Positions 36,627 through 45,880 of a stretch of DNA of 64,000 bases are shown here, piece by piece. Both the position numbers and the translations under genes were made by a program. Position 1 is the first letter of the stretch, and each line of letters begins with the position of its first letter. Under the pieces are notes generated by a model, which was not told the DNA's origin, ran no database searches, and saw only the letters and a program-made list of their open reading frames with translations. This DNA comes from Deltaproteobacteria bacterium. Its GTDB lineage: Bacteria > Desulfobacterota > Binatia > UBA1149 > SPBQ01. Location of the stretch: assembly GCA_029262375.1 (NCBI GenBank), contig JAJCZM010000008.1, positions 129,291 through 193,290 on the forward strand, given 5' to 3'.

Positions 36627-37259
36627 CTAACGAAGTCCGAATGCGCGCCGGCGTGCATCGCGCGCCCGTAGGATCGCTTCGAGCGCGGCGAACGCGAAGA
36701 AGAAGTACCCCGGCAGCGCATAGATTCCACGGAAGTGGTCTGTCATCTGTGCGGGACCTGCGATCCCTGCGTACATTGCGATGAAGAACGCACCGAACAT
36801 CATTAGAAAGCCTCCAGGCGATCGAACGAATGATGCCACCTGCGCTGCGACGACCTGCCGCGATCGTACAGTCACGAACAATCCCCAGCCCAACACCGGT
36901 GCTCCGAAGTAGAGATGGGTGCCCTGCCCCAGAGCGAGGGCCAACGGATGATTGAGCGAGTAAATGGCGACGAACAAGAGTGACGCCGCGGCGATCTCAC
37001 TAACTGTCGCAGTGTCGTCGCCTGCTCGCGCCGCGGCCACGAATCCCACGAATCCCAGACCTGCGAGGATGGTCTGCGCGATGTCGATGGGGCCGAACTC
37101 CGCTGAGCCCGCCGTCATAAAATCACGACCGGCACCGAGAATCGCGGCGTGCACGGCCAGCGACGCGAGTAGCGCATACGCCGTCAGCCGGGCAAGCAGA
37201 AACCATCCGTCACGAATATCGTGACTGCTGGCGGAACCGGACTGGATGCCCATACCCAT
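36627..37259 (-). CDS. Hypothetical polytopic membrane protein
   Basis: 210-aa ORF with 5-6 hydrophobic segments and GC3-rich codons. No recognisable motif. Confidence 0.45.
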   Translation of the reverse strand: MGMGIQSGSASSHDIRDGWFLLARLTAYALLASLAVHAAILGAGRDFMTAGSAEFGPIDIAQTILAGLGFVGFVAAARAGDDTATVSEIAAASLLFVAIYSLNHPLALALGQGTHLYFGAPVLGWGLFVTVRSRQVVAAQVASFVRSPGGFLMMFGAFFIAMYAGIAGPAQMTDHFRGIYALPGYFFFAFAALEAILRARDARRRAFGLR

Positions 37260-37420
37260 CGCGAGGACCTACTTTAACCAACGAAACGAAATCAGTCATC
37301 TCGCTTTCGCGGGATACGAACGTGCACACAGTCGGCAGACGTTGTCTAGATCGTTTACAATGGTGGACCTGTCGATGATCCCGAACCGCCGAGCGGCCTT
37401 CATCAATCAGCATCAGCTAT

Positions 37421-38464
37421 ATGGGCAAAACAAAGAACACCGACGAAACGCCTCTCGAGAACGCGCTCGATCAGCTGCTGGAAGTAGCAGGCATCGCCGA
37501 GACCGACACACGTACGGCGCGCCTGATCAGAAGTCTCGTCGAAACGGCGCTGGCACTGGGGACGGACGGCGTCGCGGTGCCCGACCTCAAACTCGTAGAC
37601 GCCGCACTCGCGGAAATTCGCGATGCACTCGAACGCTTCGCCCCCTACACCACGACGCGCAAGGTGACCGTCTTCGGCTCGGCCCGTACCGACCCCGACG
37701 CCGATGAGTACCGCCTCGCACGCGAATTCTCGGCACGGATCGCCGATCACGATTTCATGGTGATCACCGGCGCGGGACCCGGAATCATGCAGGCGGGCAA
37801 CGAAGGTGCGGGCCGCGAGCGCAGCTTCGGCGTCAACATTCGCTTGCCGTTCGAGCAATCCGCGAACCCGATCATCGACGGTGATCCCAAACTCACCAAT
37901 TTCAAATACTTCTTTACGCGCAAGCTTTTCTTTTTGAAGGAGTCCTCCGCTGTCGCGCTGTTCCCGGGTGGATTCGGTACGCACGACGAATGCTTCGAAA
38001 CACTGACTCTCATTCAGACGGGTAAGACGCAGCTCGTACCGGTCGTGTTCCTCGACGTTCCGAAAGGAACCTACTGGAAGACTTGGCATCAGTACGTGCT
38101 CGAGCATCTCTTACGAAAAGAACTCATCGGCGCCGACGACCTCGCTCTGTACAAAGTGACCGACGACATCGATGAGGCCATCGACGAGATCACAAATTTC
38201 TATCGCGTCTACCACTCGTCTCGCACGATCCGCGGCAAGCTCGTGGTGCGCCTCAACCACGCCGTCGACCAATCGGTGCTCGATACACTATCGTCGGAAT
38301 TCGCGGACATTCTTTCCGACGAGCCGATTACTGCGCGAGGCCCATACGACGAGGAAGCCGACGAACCGGAGTTGGCCGAACTTCCTCGATTGTTGCTGCA
38401 CTTCAATCTGCGCCACTACGCACGACTTCGAATGCTGATAGACCGCCTCAACGAACTCGGCTGA
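37421..38464 (+). CDS. LOG-family nucleotide nucleosidase with N- and C-terminal extensions (PpnN/YgdH-like)
   Basis: Motifs: VTVFGSAR, VITGAGPGIMQAGNEGAG and LFPGGFGTHDECFE. Confidence 0.7.
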   Translation: MGKTKNTDETPLENALDQLLEVAGIAETDTRTARLIRSLVETALALGTDGVAVPDLKLVDAALAEIRDALERFAPYTTTRKVTVFGSARTDPDADEYRLAREFSARIADHDFMVITGAGPGIMQAGNEGAGRERSFGVNIRLPFEQSANPIIDGDPKLTNFKYFFTRKLFFLKESSAVALFPGGFGTHDECFETLTLIQTGKTQLVPVVFLDVPKGTYWKTWHQYVLEHLLRKELIGADDLALYKVTDDIDEAIDEITNFYRVYHSSRTIRGKLVVRLNHAVDQSVLDTLSSEFADILSDEPITARGPYDEEADEPELAELPRLLLHFNLRHYARLRMLIDRLNELG

Positions 38465-38542
38465 GCTGCGCTTGGCTCGCGGCGCCCGTCGCGTTACACC
38501 ACGAGGAGCACCCGCGCACAGGCGCATACGGGGAGACTCCCA

Positions 38543-39619
38543 ATGGCAACACCGGCCCTACATTCGGACGACGAATCGTTCGCCTACGAGACATGCGTTA
38601 GTGGTAACAGGCCGCCGCTTTCCGTTCGTGCCGGCGGCGACACCAGCCTCGACCAACTCTGTGAGCGCTTACGGGCGCAGCCGGATTGGGTGCAGAACCA
38701 CCTGACCGAACATGGCGCAATCCTCTTCGAAGGTTTCGATGTTCGCGACGCAAACGATTTCGAAAAGCTGGCGCGCGCGATCGACGACGACCTGAAGAAC
38801 GAGTATCTCGGTACTTCACCGCGCGACGGACTGACCGACTATGTCTTTTCGGCGAGCGAACTGCCGAGCTTCTACCCGATTCCACAACATTGCGAGATGT
38901 CGTTCACGGCCGCGCCGCCGCGCCGCGTTTTCTTCTGCTGTCTGCAAGAACCGGCGAGCGGAATGGGCGAAACACCACTGGTCGACTTTCGCGCCGTCTA
39001 CGATGAACTCGACATCAACGTGCGGGAACGCTTCGAAACCGGTGGGATTCGGATTGTTCGAAACTACAGCGGTCCGAGCAGCAAGAGCAGATTCAATCTC
39101 TTCCAACTCAAACCGTGGACCGACATGTTCCTGACAACGGATCACGCGGTCGTCGATTCAAAGTGTCGCGAAGAAGGCTTTGAGCCGACCTGGAGCGCCG
39201 ACGACGATCTGCGACTGGAAAGCACACAACCGGTCTCCCGCGCTCATCCCGAGACCGGCCGCAGGGTTTGGCACAATCACCTGCAGGTATTTCATCTCTC
39301 GTCGGCGCCCGGCGAGTACAAGCGCATCTTTCGACTCCGGCCGTCGCTGCGTCACTTCGCTTGGTGGCAGGTCGCCCGAGCCCTGGTTGCCGTTCAGAAA
39401 CTGACCAAGGGACCCGACGACCAACCGATGCACTGCACCTACGCCGACGGGCGCGAAATTCCAGACGCGGACATGGAACATCTACGCGACGTCATTTGGT
39501 CGAACATGGTCGTGCGTGCGTGGAGAAAAGGCGATGTTGTCGCAATCGACAACCATTCCGTCTCGCACGGGCGCCTGCCTTACAACGGACCGCGCGAGAT
39601 CGCGGTCTGCTGGGCCTGA
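38543..39619 (+). CDS. TauD/TfdA-family Fe(II)/2-oxoglutarate-dependent oxygenase (SyrP-like)
   Basis: Motifs: HGAILFEGFDVRDANDFEKLARAI, IPQHCEMSF (the His-x-acid facial-triad region) and a C-terminal IDNHSVSHGRLPY. Confidence 0.65.
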   Translation: MATPALHSDDESFAYETCVSGNRPPLSVRAGGDTSLDQLCERLRAQPDWVQNHLTEHGAILFEGFDVRDANDFEKLARAIDDDLKNEYLGTSPRDGLTDYVFSASELPSFYPIPQHCEMSFTAAPPRRVFFCCLQEPASGMGETPLVDFRAVYDELDINVRERFETGGIRIVRNYSGPSSKSRFNLFQLKPWTDMFLTTDHAVVDSKCREEGFEPTWSADDDLRLESTQPVSRAHPETGRRVWHNHLQVFHLSSAPGEYKRIFRLRPSLRHFAWWQVARALVAVQKLTKGPDDQPMHCTYADGREIPDADMEHLRDVIWSNMVVRAWRKGDVVAIDNHSVSHGRLPYNGPREIAVCWA

Positions 39620-39637
39620 GTTTCGGCCGGCGGCACT

Positions 39638-40957
39638 TCAGCTCGTCTGAGTACTGCCGAGAGACGCATCGAAGAAATCGAAACTCGAGTCGTTGAGCGG
39701 GAAGAGCGCAGCGTTTGCGTGACTCTCTATCCCTGCGAGCGTACGCAACGCCTGCTGGATGTCCTTCGGTTCGATTCGTACACCGGACGGCGAGATCTGA
39801 AGCGTCGTCGGGTCCAACGACTGGGCCTCATGGGTCTCGGTAGTCGCGCCGATCACTCGGTTCGTCCAGTCGACGCCACGGCGCATGAAGAGCGTGCTAC
39901 CGATCGGCCAGTGATCTTTCCCATTCTCGTCGTTGTACCAAGGCGTACGGCCGAACTCAGAGTTCACGACCACGACGAGGCGGTCGTCGATGCCCATCGC
40001 TTCAGCAGTATCCCAAAGATATTCGATACCGCGCACGAGCATCGACAGGGGCGCGTGGTGCTCTGCATCATGATCCTCGTGAGTGTCGAAACCCCACATC
40101 TGCAGATGCGCACTGACGCTAACGCCGGCCTGGAAACAAAGTAGAGCGAGCTGGGCCTGTTGCAGCAGGTAATTCGTATTTCCGTCCGTATCGGTCGAGC
40201 TAACGAGTTCATCGGGCAGGATATCGGCAAGCGCAATGAGCTGGTTGTTGGTGGAACGCGCTTGCAGCAGCGCATCCATGTTCGCTTGCGTGCGCGGAAG
40301 TAAGTCGGTGTCGCTACGCAACGCGGCCAGCCGCTCGCTTCGATAACGTGTGATGACATCGAGTTCGTCCGCTTCATGATAGACGTTGTCGCCCCATGGT
40401 ACGGCGTTCGGGCGCGCCAAATTGCGTAGTGCACCTGTGTCCCCCAGCAACGTGTATTGCGTGAGGCCTGCCGTCTCGCGGTAGCCACCGTTCGTAATGA
40501 AACCGAGCGGCATCTCCGTTCCATATGCAGAAGCGACCAATGCCGCCCACGATGGATAGCCCGGCGAAATACGCCCACTCCAATTGTGTCGTACACCGGT
40601 ATCGTGAGACTCGGTAAGCGCATCGACACCATTCACGACCAGCATGTCGTCATGGAAACGATCGAACAGAGCCTGATTGACGGCGTAGGGGGCATATTCG
40701 ATCGGGCTGCCCGCGATCGTCTGCACACCCGAAGTGGTAGCCCACTGATTGATGATAGGGGCACCGCCGGGATTTACTTTCGGATCGCAGAAACTCGTGA
40801 CGTCCCAGCCACCTTCCGCCGCTATCTGCACGTAGAGAGGACCGGTGTAAGGTCCCGTGCTCTGCGCGTACGCTCGCCGTAGCGGTAAAGGCGCAACCGC
40901 CGTCAGGCCGGCCATGCCCATGAGCTTCAAGAATTGTCTTCGATCAAACTTCGCCAT
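39638..40957 (-). CDS. DUF1501 (sulfatase-like) protein with twin-arginine signal
   Basis: Tat signal MAKFDRRQFLKLMGMAGLTAVAP. VVVVNSEFGRTPWYNDENGKDHWPIGS matches the EFGRTP...GxDHW signature of DUF1501. Confidence 0.75.
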   Translation of the reverse strand: MAKFDRRQFLKLMGMAGLTAVAPLPLRRAYAQSTGPYTGPLYVQIAAEGGWDVTSFCDPKVNPGGAPIINQWATTSGVQTIAGSPIEYAPYAVNQALFDRFHDDMLVVNGVDALTESHDTGVRHNWSGRISPGYPSWAALVASAYGTEMPLGFITNGGYRETAGLTQYTLLGDTGALRNLARPNAVPWGDNVYHEADELDVITRYRSERLAALRSDTDLLPRTQANMDALLQARSTNNQLIALADILPDELVSSTDTDGNTNYLLQQAQLALLCFQAGVSVSAHLQMWGFDTHEDHDAEHHAPLSMLVRGIEYLWDTAEAMGIDDRLVVVVNSEFGRTPWYNDENGKDHWPIGSTLFMRRGVDWTNRVIGATTETHEAQSLDPTTLQISPSGVRIEPKDIQQALRTLAGIESHANAALFPLNDSSFDFFDASLGSTQTS

Positions 40958-40962
40958 CTTCT

Positions 40963-43509
40963 TTATTCGTGAAGGAATTTGTAGTCGCCCAACAGATACG
41001 CGAGCACCGCGGTCCAGCCTCGCATGACATGATCGGGGTCACCCGAGACCAGGGTCTCGTCCTGCCAGAACGGCGCGTTGCAGTGGCTGCCGCCCCAACT
41101 CAGGAACTGCCCGCGGTTTTGCGCAATTCGCAGCGCGCGTATCTCTTCGAACAACGCGATCGTACGATCGACCTCCGCATCGTTCGTCGAAAGCGTCTCT
41201 CCAAGAAAGCGGTCGTGCAGCAACACCACGTTGTTGCGGAAAGCCTGCTCGTCGACGGCCGGAGTCGTGTCGGGCTCCACGTAGGGGAACAGCGTGCGAC
41301 TACCGGCAAGGGCCGAGAACTCATAGACCACGATGCGGCACGCCATCTCGTTCGCCAGGCGCTCGACAACCGTACTCATCATCGCGTTCATGCGCTCCGC
41401 GCGCGCGATGTTGCCGTCTGAATCTATGCCGCCGTAGAAATAGCGATACCGCTCGAGCAACTCGTGCCAGGTAGGATCCCAATCGGGCGCCCATACCTGA
41501 CCCGTTACCGACGCGACTTTTCGGTCGAGCTGCTCCGGCGTAAGTAGCCGCTCGCGACCTGCGCCCGCATATACCTGCTCGGTCTCCCCTTGCTCCGAAC
41601 CCGTGAGGCGCGTAGCCGTCATCAAGGGGCTCATCAACATCTCGAGGAGAAGATCTTTGATGTTCAGTGCGCCGTTCGCTGCGGTTCCCGCGGCCCCATC
41701 GGCGAACAGGCCGGCCAGGCGGTCAATCTCATCCTGCTCGGCGCTCCACGCCGCGAACGTTTCGGCGTACGAAGGATCATCCACATCGGTGGGACGCGCG
41801 GTCGGACTACGTCCGAACATGCCGGGCCACCAGAACTCTACCGCCCCACGCGGGAAGCGTTGGTCGTTCACGATCTGGGCGGCAAGCCACTGCAACGAGT
41901 GGTCATTCTCGCTGCTCGGCATCACCAAACCGTTGAATCCCGGGCTGCGCATGTCGCGATACCAGAGGTCGCCCCACTGATACAGATCGCCGCCTTTGTA
42001 TGTCCAGGGAAGCGAGTCGTTGTCCGAGATTCTGAACTGTCCCATGTCGTCCCAGTTTTGAAACGCACCGGCGATCGGATCCATCACCGTGTGACAGACG
42101 GTACAATTCACATTGTTGAGCGTCGGGTTCTCGGTGTTGAGAATCGCCGGATCACTCGTACGCGGCGCAAGAGATTCGATATCGACACCGAGAAAGAAGC
42201 GCCACGTATACCGCGAGCGTCTACGGTTTCGATTGCTCGCCGACGAAGGATAACGATTGAGAAAGATCGGCGACGACAGGATTCCGGCGTGCGGGAAGTT
42301 CGGAAGTCGGTAGCCCTCGTTGGTGACTTCACGCCAGTCGTCGAAATCATCGCGATCGGGGAACACCATATCGGGGACGTAGATCGAGCCCGAGTAGGGA
42401 TTCACCATCATGTAGTCGGCGGTTAAGACCTCCGACCATGGCCTCTCGTTGTTCGCCACGTGCGCGATGAGCCGTAGAGGTTCACGCGCCAACGAACGAT
42501 TCATGCGCTCGTAGGTAAGCCAGTCGTCTTCAGGTTCCGGCGTCTCGCCGGCTTCGTTGACGCGGTCGAGTAGGTGCGGGTAGGAGTACTCGCTTCCTAG
42601 TGCCGCGAAGCCATCCATGTTCCCATACAGTAATCCGTCGGTATGAATCTGATCGTTCGCCGCTTCCATGAGGAATGCGTCGAAATCATCGCCCTGCATG
42701 AGCGAACGTATGGTCTGGCGCAACGTCGATTCGTTCCCGGAGGCGACCGTCGCACGCTCGGAGTCCGTCGGGAGCCTGCCGGCAAACAAGATGGCGGCGC
42801 GGCGCAGCGTCGCCGACCAATCCTGGTTGGACAAGCCCGCATAAAAGTCGGCACTCGACGAAGTTTCGCATGCGACAGGGGTATCGAACCGATCGACCAA
42901 CTCAACGAGGTTCTGGTGAAGTGTGCTCGCCTCGGTCATCCCGAGTCGCTGGCCGCCGTAATGCGATACACCGAGCGGCTTGCTGAGAAATAGCGTACGT
43001 CCCCCCGGGGTCACCGACTCATCGGTAAGCGCACGAATCACTTCGTAGTTGGTCGTGAGGTAGTCGGGCTGAGAAGCGGCGGTCAGAACATATCGCGTAG
43101 ACGCGGCCACGCCGGCGCTTTGATGGCAGGCGATGCAATCGGTCAGGATCGGACTCCAGACCTGCTGAAAGAAAAAATCGTCGTCGTTGACGCAGATCGC
43201 CGCGGATCCTCCAGGGCAATCGAGCGTCACGGGTTGACCGACCGCGCTACCGAGGAGGGTCAATGCGTCGGTCGCACTGACGGTACCGTCATCGTTGACG
43301 TCGCAGACGCTCATCGCACAGCTATTGATACCGACCGCCGCCCCCAGCGCGCCGAGCGCGTCGGTTGCTGTGACGACACCATCGTCGTTGAAATCTCCGC
43401 AGGCGGTTTGCGCGGACGCGGGCGCCGCGATCGCAAACACGAGAGCGATCACGAACAGCGGCATCAGCCACGATCGGTATTCCCGACGTTTGCGGTTGGA
43501 GATCTGCAT
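40963..43509 (-). CDS. Secreted multidomain protein with two dockerin-type repeats and two CxxCH motifs (Planctomycete-type DUF158x/159x-like partner of DUF1501)
   Basis: Signal peptide MQISNRKRREYRSWLMPLFVIALVFAIAAPASA. Dockerin-type repeats DFNDDGVVTATDA and DVNDDGTVSATDA (43240-43395). CIACH at 43123-43137, plus CTVCHTVMDPIAGAFQNWDDMGQF. Confidence 0.65.
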   Translation of the reverse strand: MQISNRKRREYRSWLMPLFVIALVFAIAAPASAQTACGDFNDDGVVTATDALGALGAAVGINSCAMSVCDVNDDGTVSATDALTLLGSAVGQPVTLDCPGGSAAICVNDDDFFFQQVWSPILTDCIACHQSAGVAASTRYVLTAASQPDYLTTNYEVIRALTDESVTPGGRTLFLSKPLGVSHYGGQRLGMTEASTLHQNLVELVDRFDTPVACETSSSADFYAGLSNQDWSATLRRAAILFAGRLPTDSERATVASGNESTLRQTIRSLMQGDDFDAFLMEAANDQIHTDGLLYGNMDGFAALGSEYSYPHLLDRVNEAGETPEPEDDWLTYERMNRSLAREPLRLIAHVANNERPWSEVLTADYMMVNPYSGSIYVPDMVFPDRDDFDDWREVTNEGYRLPNFPHAGILSSPIFLNRYPSSASNRNRRRSRYTWRFFLGVDIESLAPRTSDPAILNTENPTLNNVNCTVCHTVMDPIAGAFQNWDDMGQFRISDNDSLPWTYKGGDLYQWGDLWYRDMRSPGFNGLVMPSSENDHSLQWLAAQIVNDQRFPRGAVEFWWPGMFGRSPTARPTDVDDPSYAETFAAWSAEQDEIDRLAGLFADGAAGTAANGALNIKDLLLEMLMSPLMTATRLTGSEQGETEQVYAGAGRERLLTPEQLDRKVASVTGQVWAPDWDPTWHELLERYRYFYGGIDSDGNIARAERMNAMMSTVVERLANEMACRIVVYEFSALAGSRTLFPYVEPDTTPAVDEQAFRNNVVLLHDRFLGETLSTNDAEVDRTIALFEEIRALRIAQNRGQFLSWGGSHCNAPFWQDETLVSGDPDHVMRGWTAVLAYLLGDYKFLHE

Positions 43510-43744
43510 GAACAGGTGATGCAGCGTTCGCGTATTCGGGCGCAACATCGGCGCTATCGTACGAGCAAACGCTGGGCCGCACGTCCGGCTCCGCTACTGT
43601 GGCAATTTCACCCGCACATCGTGGCAGCGCCACGGTCGTGGCGACGTACTACCGTCAGCGGCGTGCATTCGCCGCACACCCATATGCACAACTACAAACG
43701 GTTGCGCACGTAGAGACTCGCGCTGTCGGTACTGTGAATAGGCG

Positions 43745-44365
43745 TTACCAGGTTGCGATGAGTGGTTCGAGTTCGCTGAGCGCTCCAATGTGATGCTCGG
43801 GATCGGCGATCGCATCCCCGATTGCAACGAAACGAAGCCCGGCACTCTCGGCCGATTGCCGATCGGTTTCCTGATCGCCGACGTATACCGCTTCAGCGGC
43901 CGACACTCCGAAGTGTTCGAGACACTTCAGCAGCATGTCAGGATGCGGCTTCGGACGATCGACGTCGAACACGCCGACCGCGAGCTCGAAGAAATCGGTA
44001 AGCTCGAAGAACGCCAACACTTCATGAACCGTTTTGCCGCGATTGGTAGCCATAGCGACTTTGTAGCTACGACCCAACTCGCCAAGCACGTCGTAGAGTC
44101 GATCGCGTGGCTTCATCAAAGGAAAGAAAGGCGCGTAGTTCGTCGACTGCGCGGCCGCCTTTACCCTTGCCAGCGTTTCGGGCCGATCGCCAAAGTATTT
44201 CTCGAAGAGCTGAGTCGACGCGAGCGCATGACACGCGGCCTCGGCGGCGTTGCCGAGTTGCGGCTCGCCGGCGGCTTCGAACACCGCATTGTAGAATCCG
44301 ATGTTGGCGGCTTCGGAGTGAAACAACACACCGTCGCAGTCGAAGATCACGAGTCGAACGGACAT
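43745..44365 (-). CDS. HAD-superfamily hydrolase (phosphatase)
   Basis: LVIFDCDGVLFHS (the DxDG motif I), TNR... and YVGDQETD. The start overlaps the glpK stop by 1 nt. Confidence 0.8.
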   Translation of the reverse strand: MSVRLVIFDCDGVLFHSEAANIGFYNAVFEAAGEPQLGNAAEAACHALASTQLFEKYFGDRPETLARVKAAAQSTNYAPFFPLMKPRDRLYDVLGELGRSYKVAMATNRGKTVHEVLAFFELTDFFELAVGVFDVDRPKPHPDMLLKCLEHFGVSAAEAVYVGDQETDRQSAESAGLRFVAIGDAIADPEHHIGALSELEPLIATW

Positions 44366-45849
44366 CAGGCGAGATCTTGCGAGACAAGTTCTAGTCGTTT
44401 CTTCCAGGCCGCGCGCAGCATCTGTCGCTCGTCGTCAGACATGTTCGGCTCGAACACGCGGTCAGGGTGCCAGTCACGACCAACATCCGCTTGGTCCGTC
44501 AGTCCTACCGCAACAGCTGCGAGTCGTGCGGCGCCGAGCGCGGAACCATCACTGAACGAGGACCGCTCGACCGGCACACCGAGGATGTCGGCTTGAAACT
44601 GCAGCAAGAAATCATTGCGGCTCGCACCACCGTCGGCGCGGATGACGTCTGCAGGACCGGTCGGCTCCCACACCCCCGCAGCGACGTCGGCAACACGTTG
44701 CGCAATACCCTCGAGCATCGCGCGTACGACATGCGCGCGCTGAGTGCCGCGCGACAACCCACCGACTGCCGCGCGTGCACGGCCTTCATCATACGGTGTA
44801 CCCAAACCTTGAAACGCCGGAACCGCCCAGACACCACCGTTGTCGGCGACACTCAACGCCAGGTCGGACGTCTCTGCCGCATCGGAGACAACCGCCAGGC
44901 CATCGCGTAGCCACTGCACCGCGGCACCGGCCGTCGTCACGTTGCCCTCGATCGCCCAAGTAGGAACGCCATCGCGCGACCAGGCCACGAGCGGATAGGT
45001 GCCGGAACCGCCGAGAGCGAGATTCGCGCCTGTGTTGACGTTCACCATCGCCGCCGTTCCATACGTGCATTTCGTCGCGCCCGGCTGCACGCAACCGAGA
45101 CCGAACATCGCAGCTTGTTGATCGCCGCACATTCCCGCAATAGGCACACGCGCGCCGAACACTTCTTCAGTAGTCGTAGCGATCTCGCCGCAGGAATCCA
45201 CGATCGTCGGCATCCACGCGGGCTCGACACCAGCCAGGCCGAGCAGTGACTCCTCCCACTTGAGATCGAATGGGGCGTAGAAGCCGGTCGTGCTGGCGTT
45301 CGCGTGATCGACCGCATGGACCGCACCACCGCTGAGGCGCGCAACGGTGAACGACTCCGGCCCACCCAGGCACAAGCGTCCGTCGCGCGCGGCCGCCGCA
45401 ACACGTTCGTTCGTACGCACCAACCATTCGGCCTTGGTCACCGACACACTGGCATTCACGAAATAGCCGAGCGCGCTGAGCTCGGCCGCACGATCGGCAG
45501 CGCGCACGTCGTGCCACAACAACATCGGCGACAACGGCTCTAGCGTTTGTGAATCCCAAGCCAAAACAGACGACCGTTGGTTGGCGATGCCGATCGCAGC
45601 CAAGCCACTGGTCTTTACTCCGGCCGCGCGAAGCGCCGCGGCAATCACCGATTGTGTCGCCGACCACACGCTCTCCGGATCCTGCTCGGCATGACCGGGC
45701 GCTGGGAACTGTGTGGGCAACTCTTCGTACGCCGAACCGCACGGCGTCAGCGCCGAGTCGAAAACAATCGCGCGTACGCCGGTCGTTCCGATATCGATCG
45801 CGAGAACATGTGCGAGATCATGCGCAGTAGTCTGGTTGGATGCGTGCAT
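44365..45849 (-). CDS. glpK: Glycerol kinase (FGGY carbohydrate kinase)
   Basis: VLAIDIGTTGVRAIVFD and FPAPGHAEQDPESVW resemble the GlpK N-terminus. The protein is ~494 aa and sits in an operon with glpD. Confidence 0.75.
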   Translation of the reverse strand: MHASNQTTAHDLAHVLAIDIGTTGVRAIVFDSALTPCGSAYEELPTQFPAPGHAEQDPESVWSATQSVIAAALRAAGVKTSGLAAIGIANQRSSVLAWDSQTLEPLSPMLLWHDVRAADRAAELSALGYFVNASVSVTKAEWLVRTNERVAAAARDGRLCLGGPESFTVARLSGGAVHAVDHANASTTGFYAPFDLKWEESLLGLAGVEPAWMPTIVDSCGEIATTTEEVFGARVPIAGMCGDQQAAMFGLGCVQPGATKCTYGTAAMVNVNTGANLALGGSGTYPLVAWSRDGVPTWAIEGNVTTAGAAVQWLRDGLAVVSDAAETSDLALSVADNGGVWAVPAFQGLGTPYDEGRARAAVGGLSRGTQRAHVVRAMLEGIAQRVADVAAGVWEPTGPADVIRADGGASRNDFLLQFQADILGVPVERSSFSDGSALGAARLAAVAVGLTDQADVGRDWHPDRVFEPNMSDDERQMLRAAWKKRLELVSQDLA

Positions 45850-45880
45850 CAGTCGGCTAGCCTTCTTCGACGGAAGAAGT

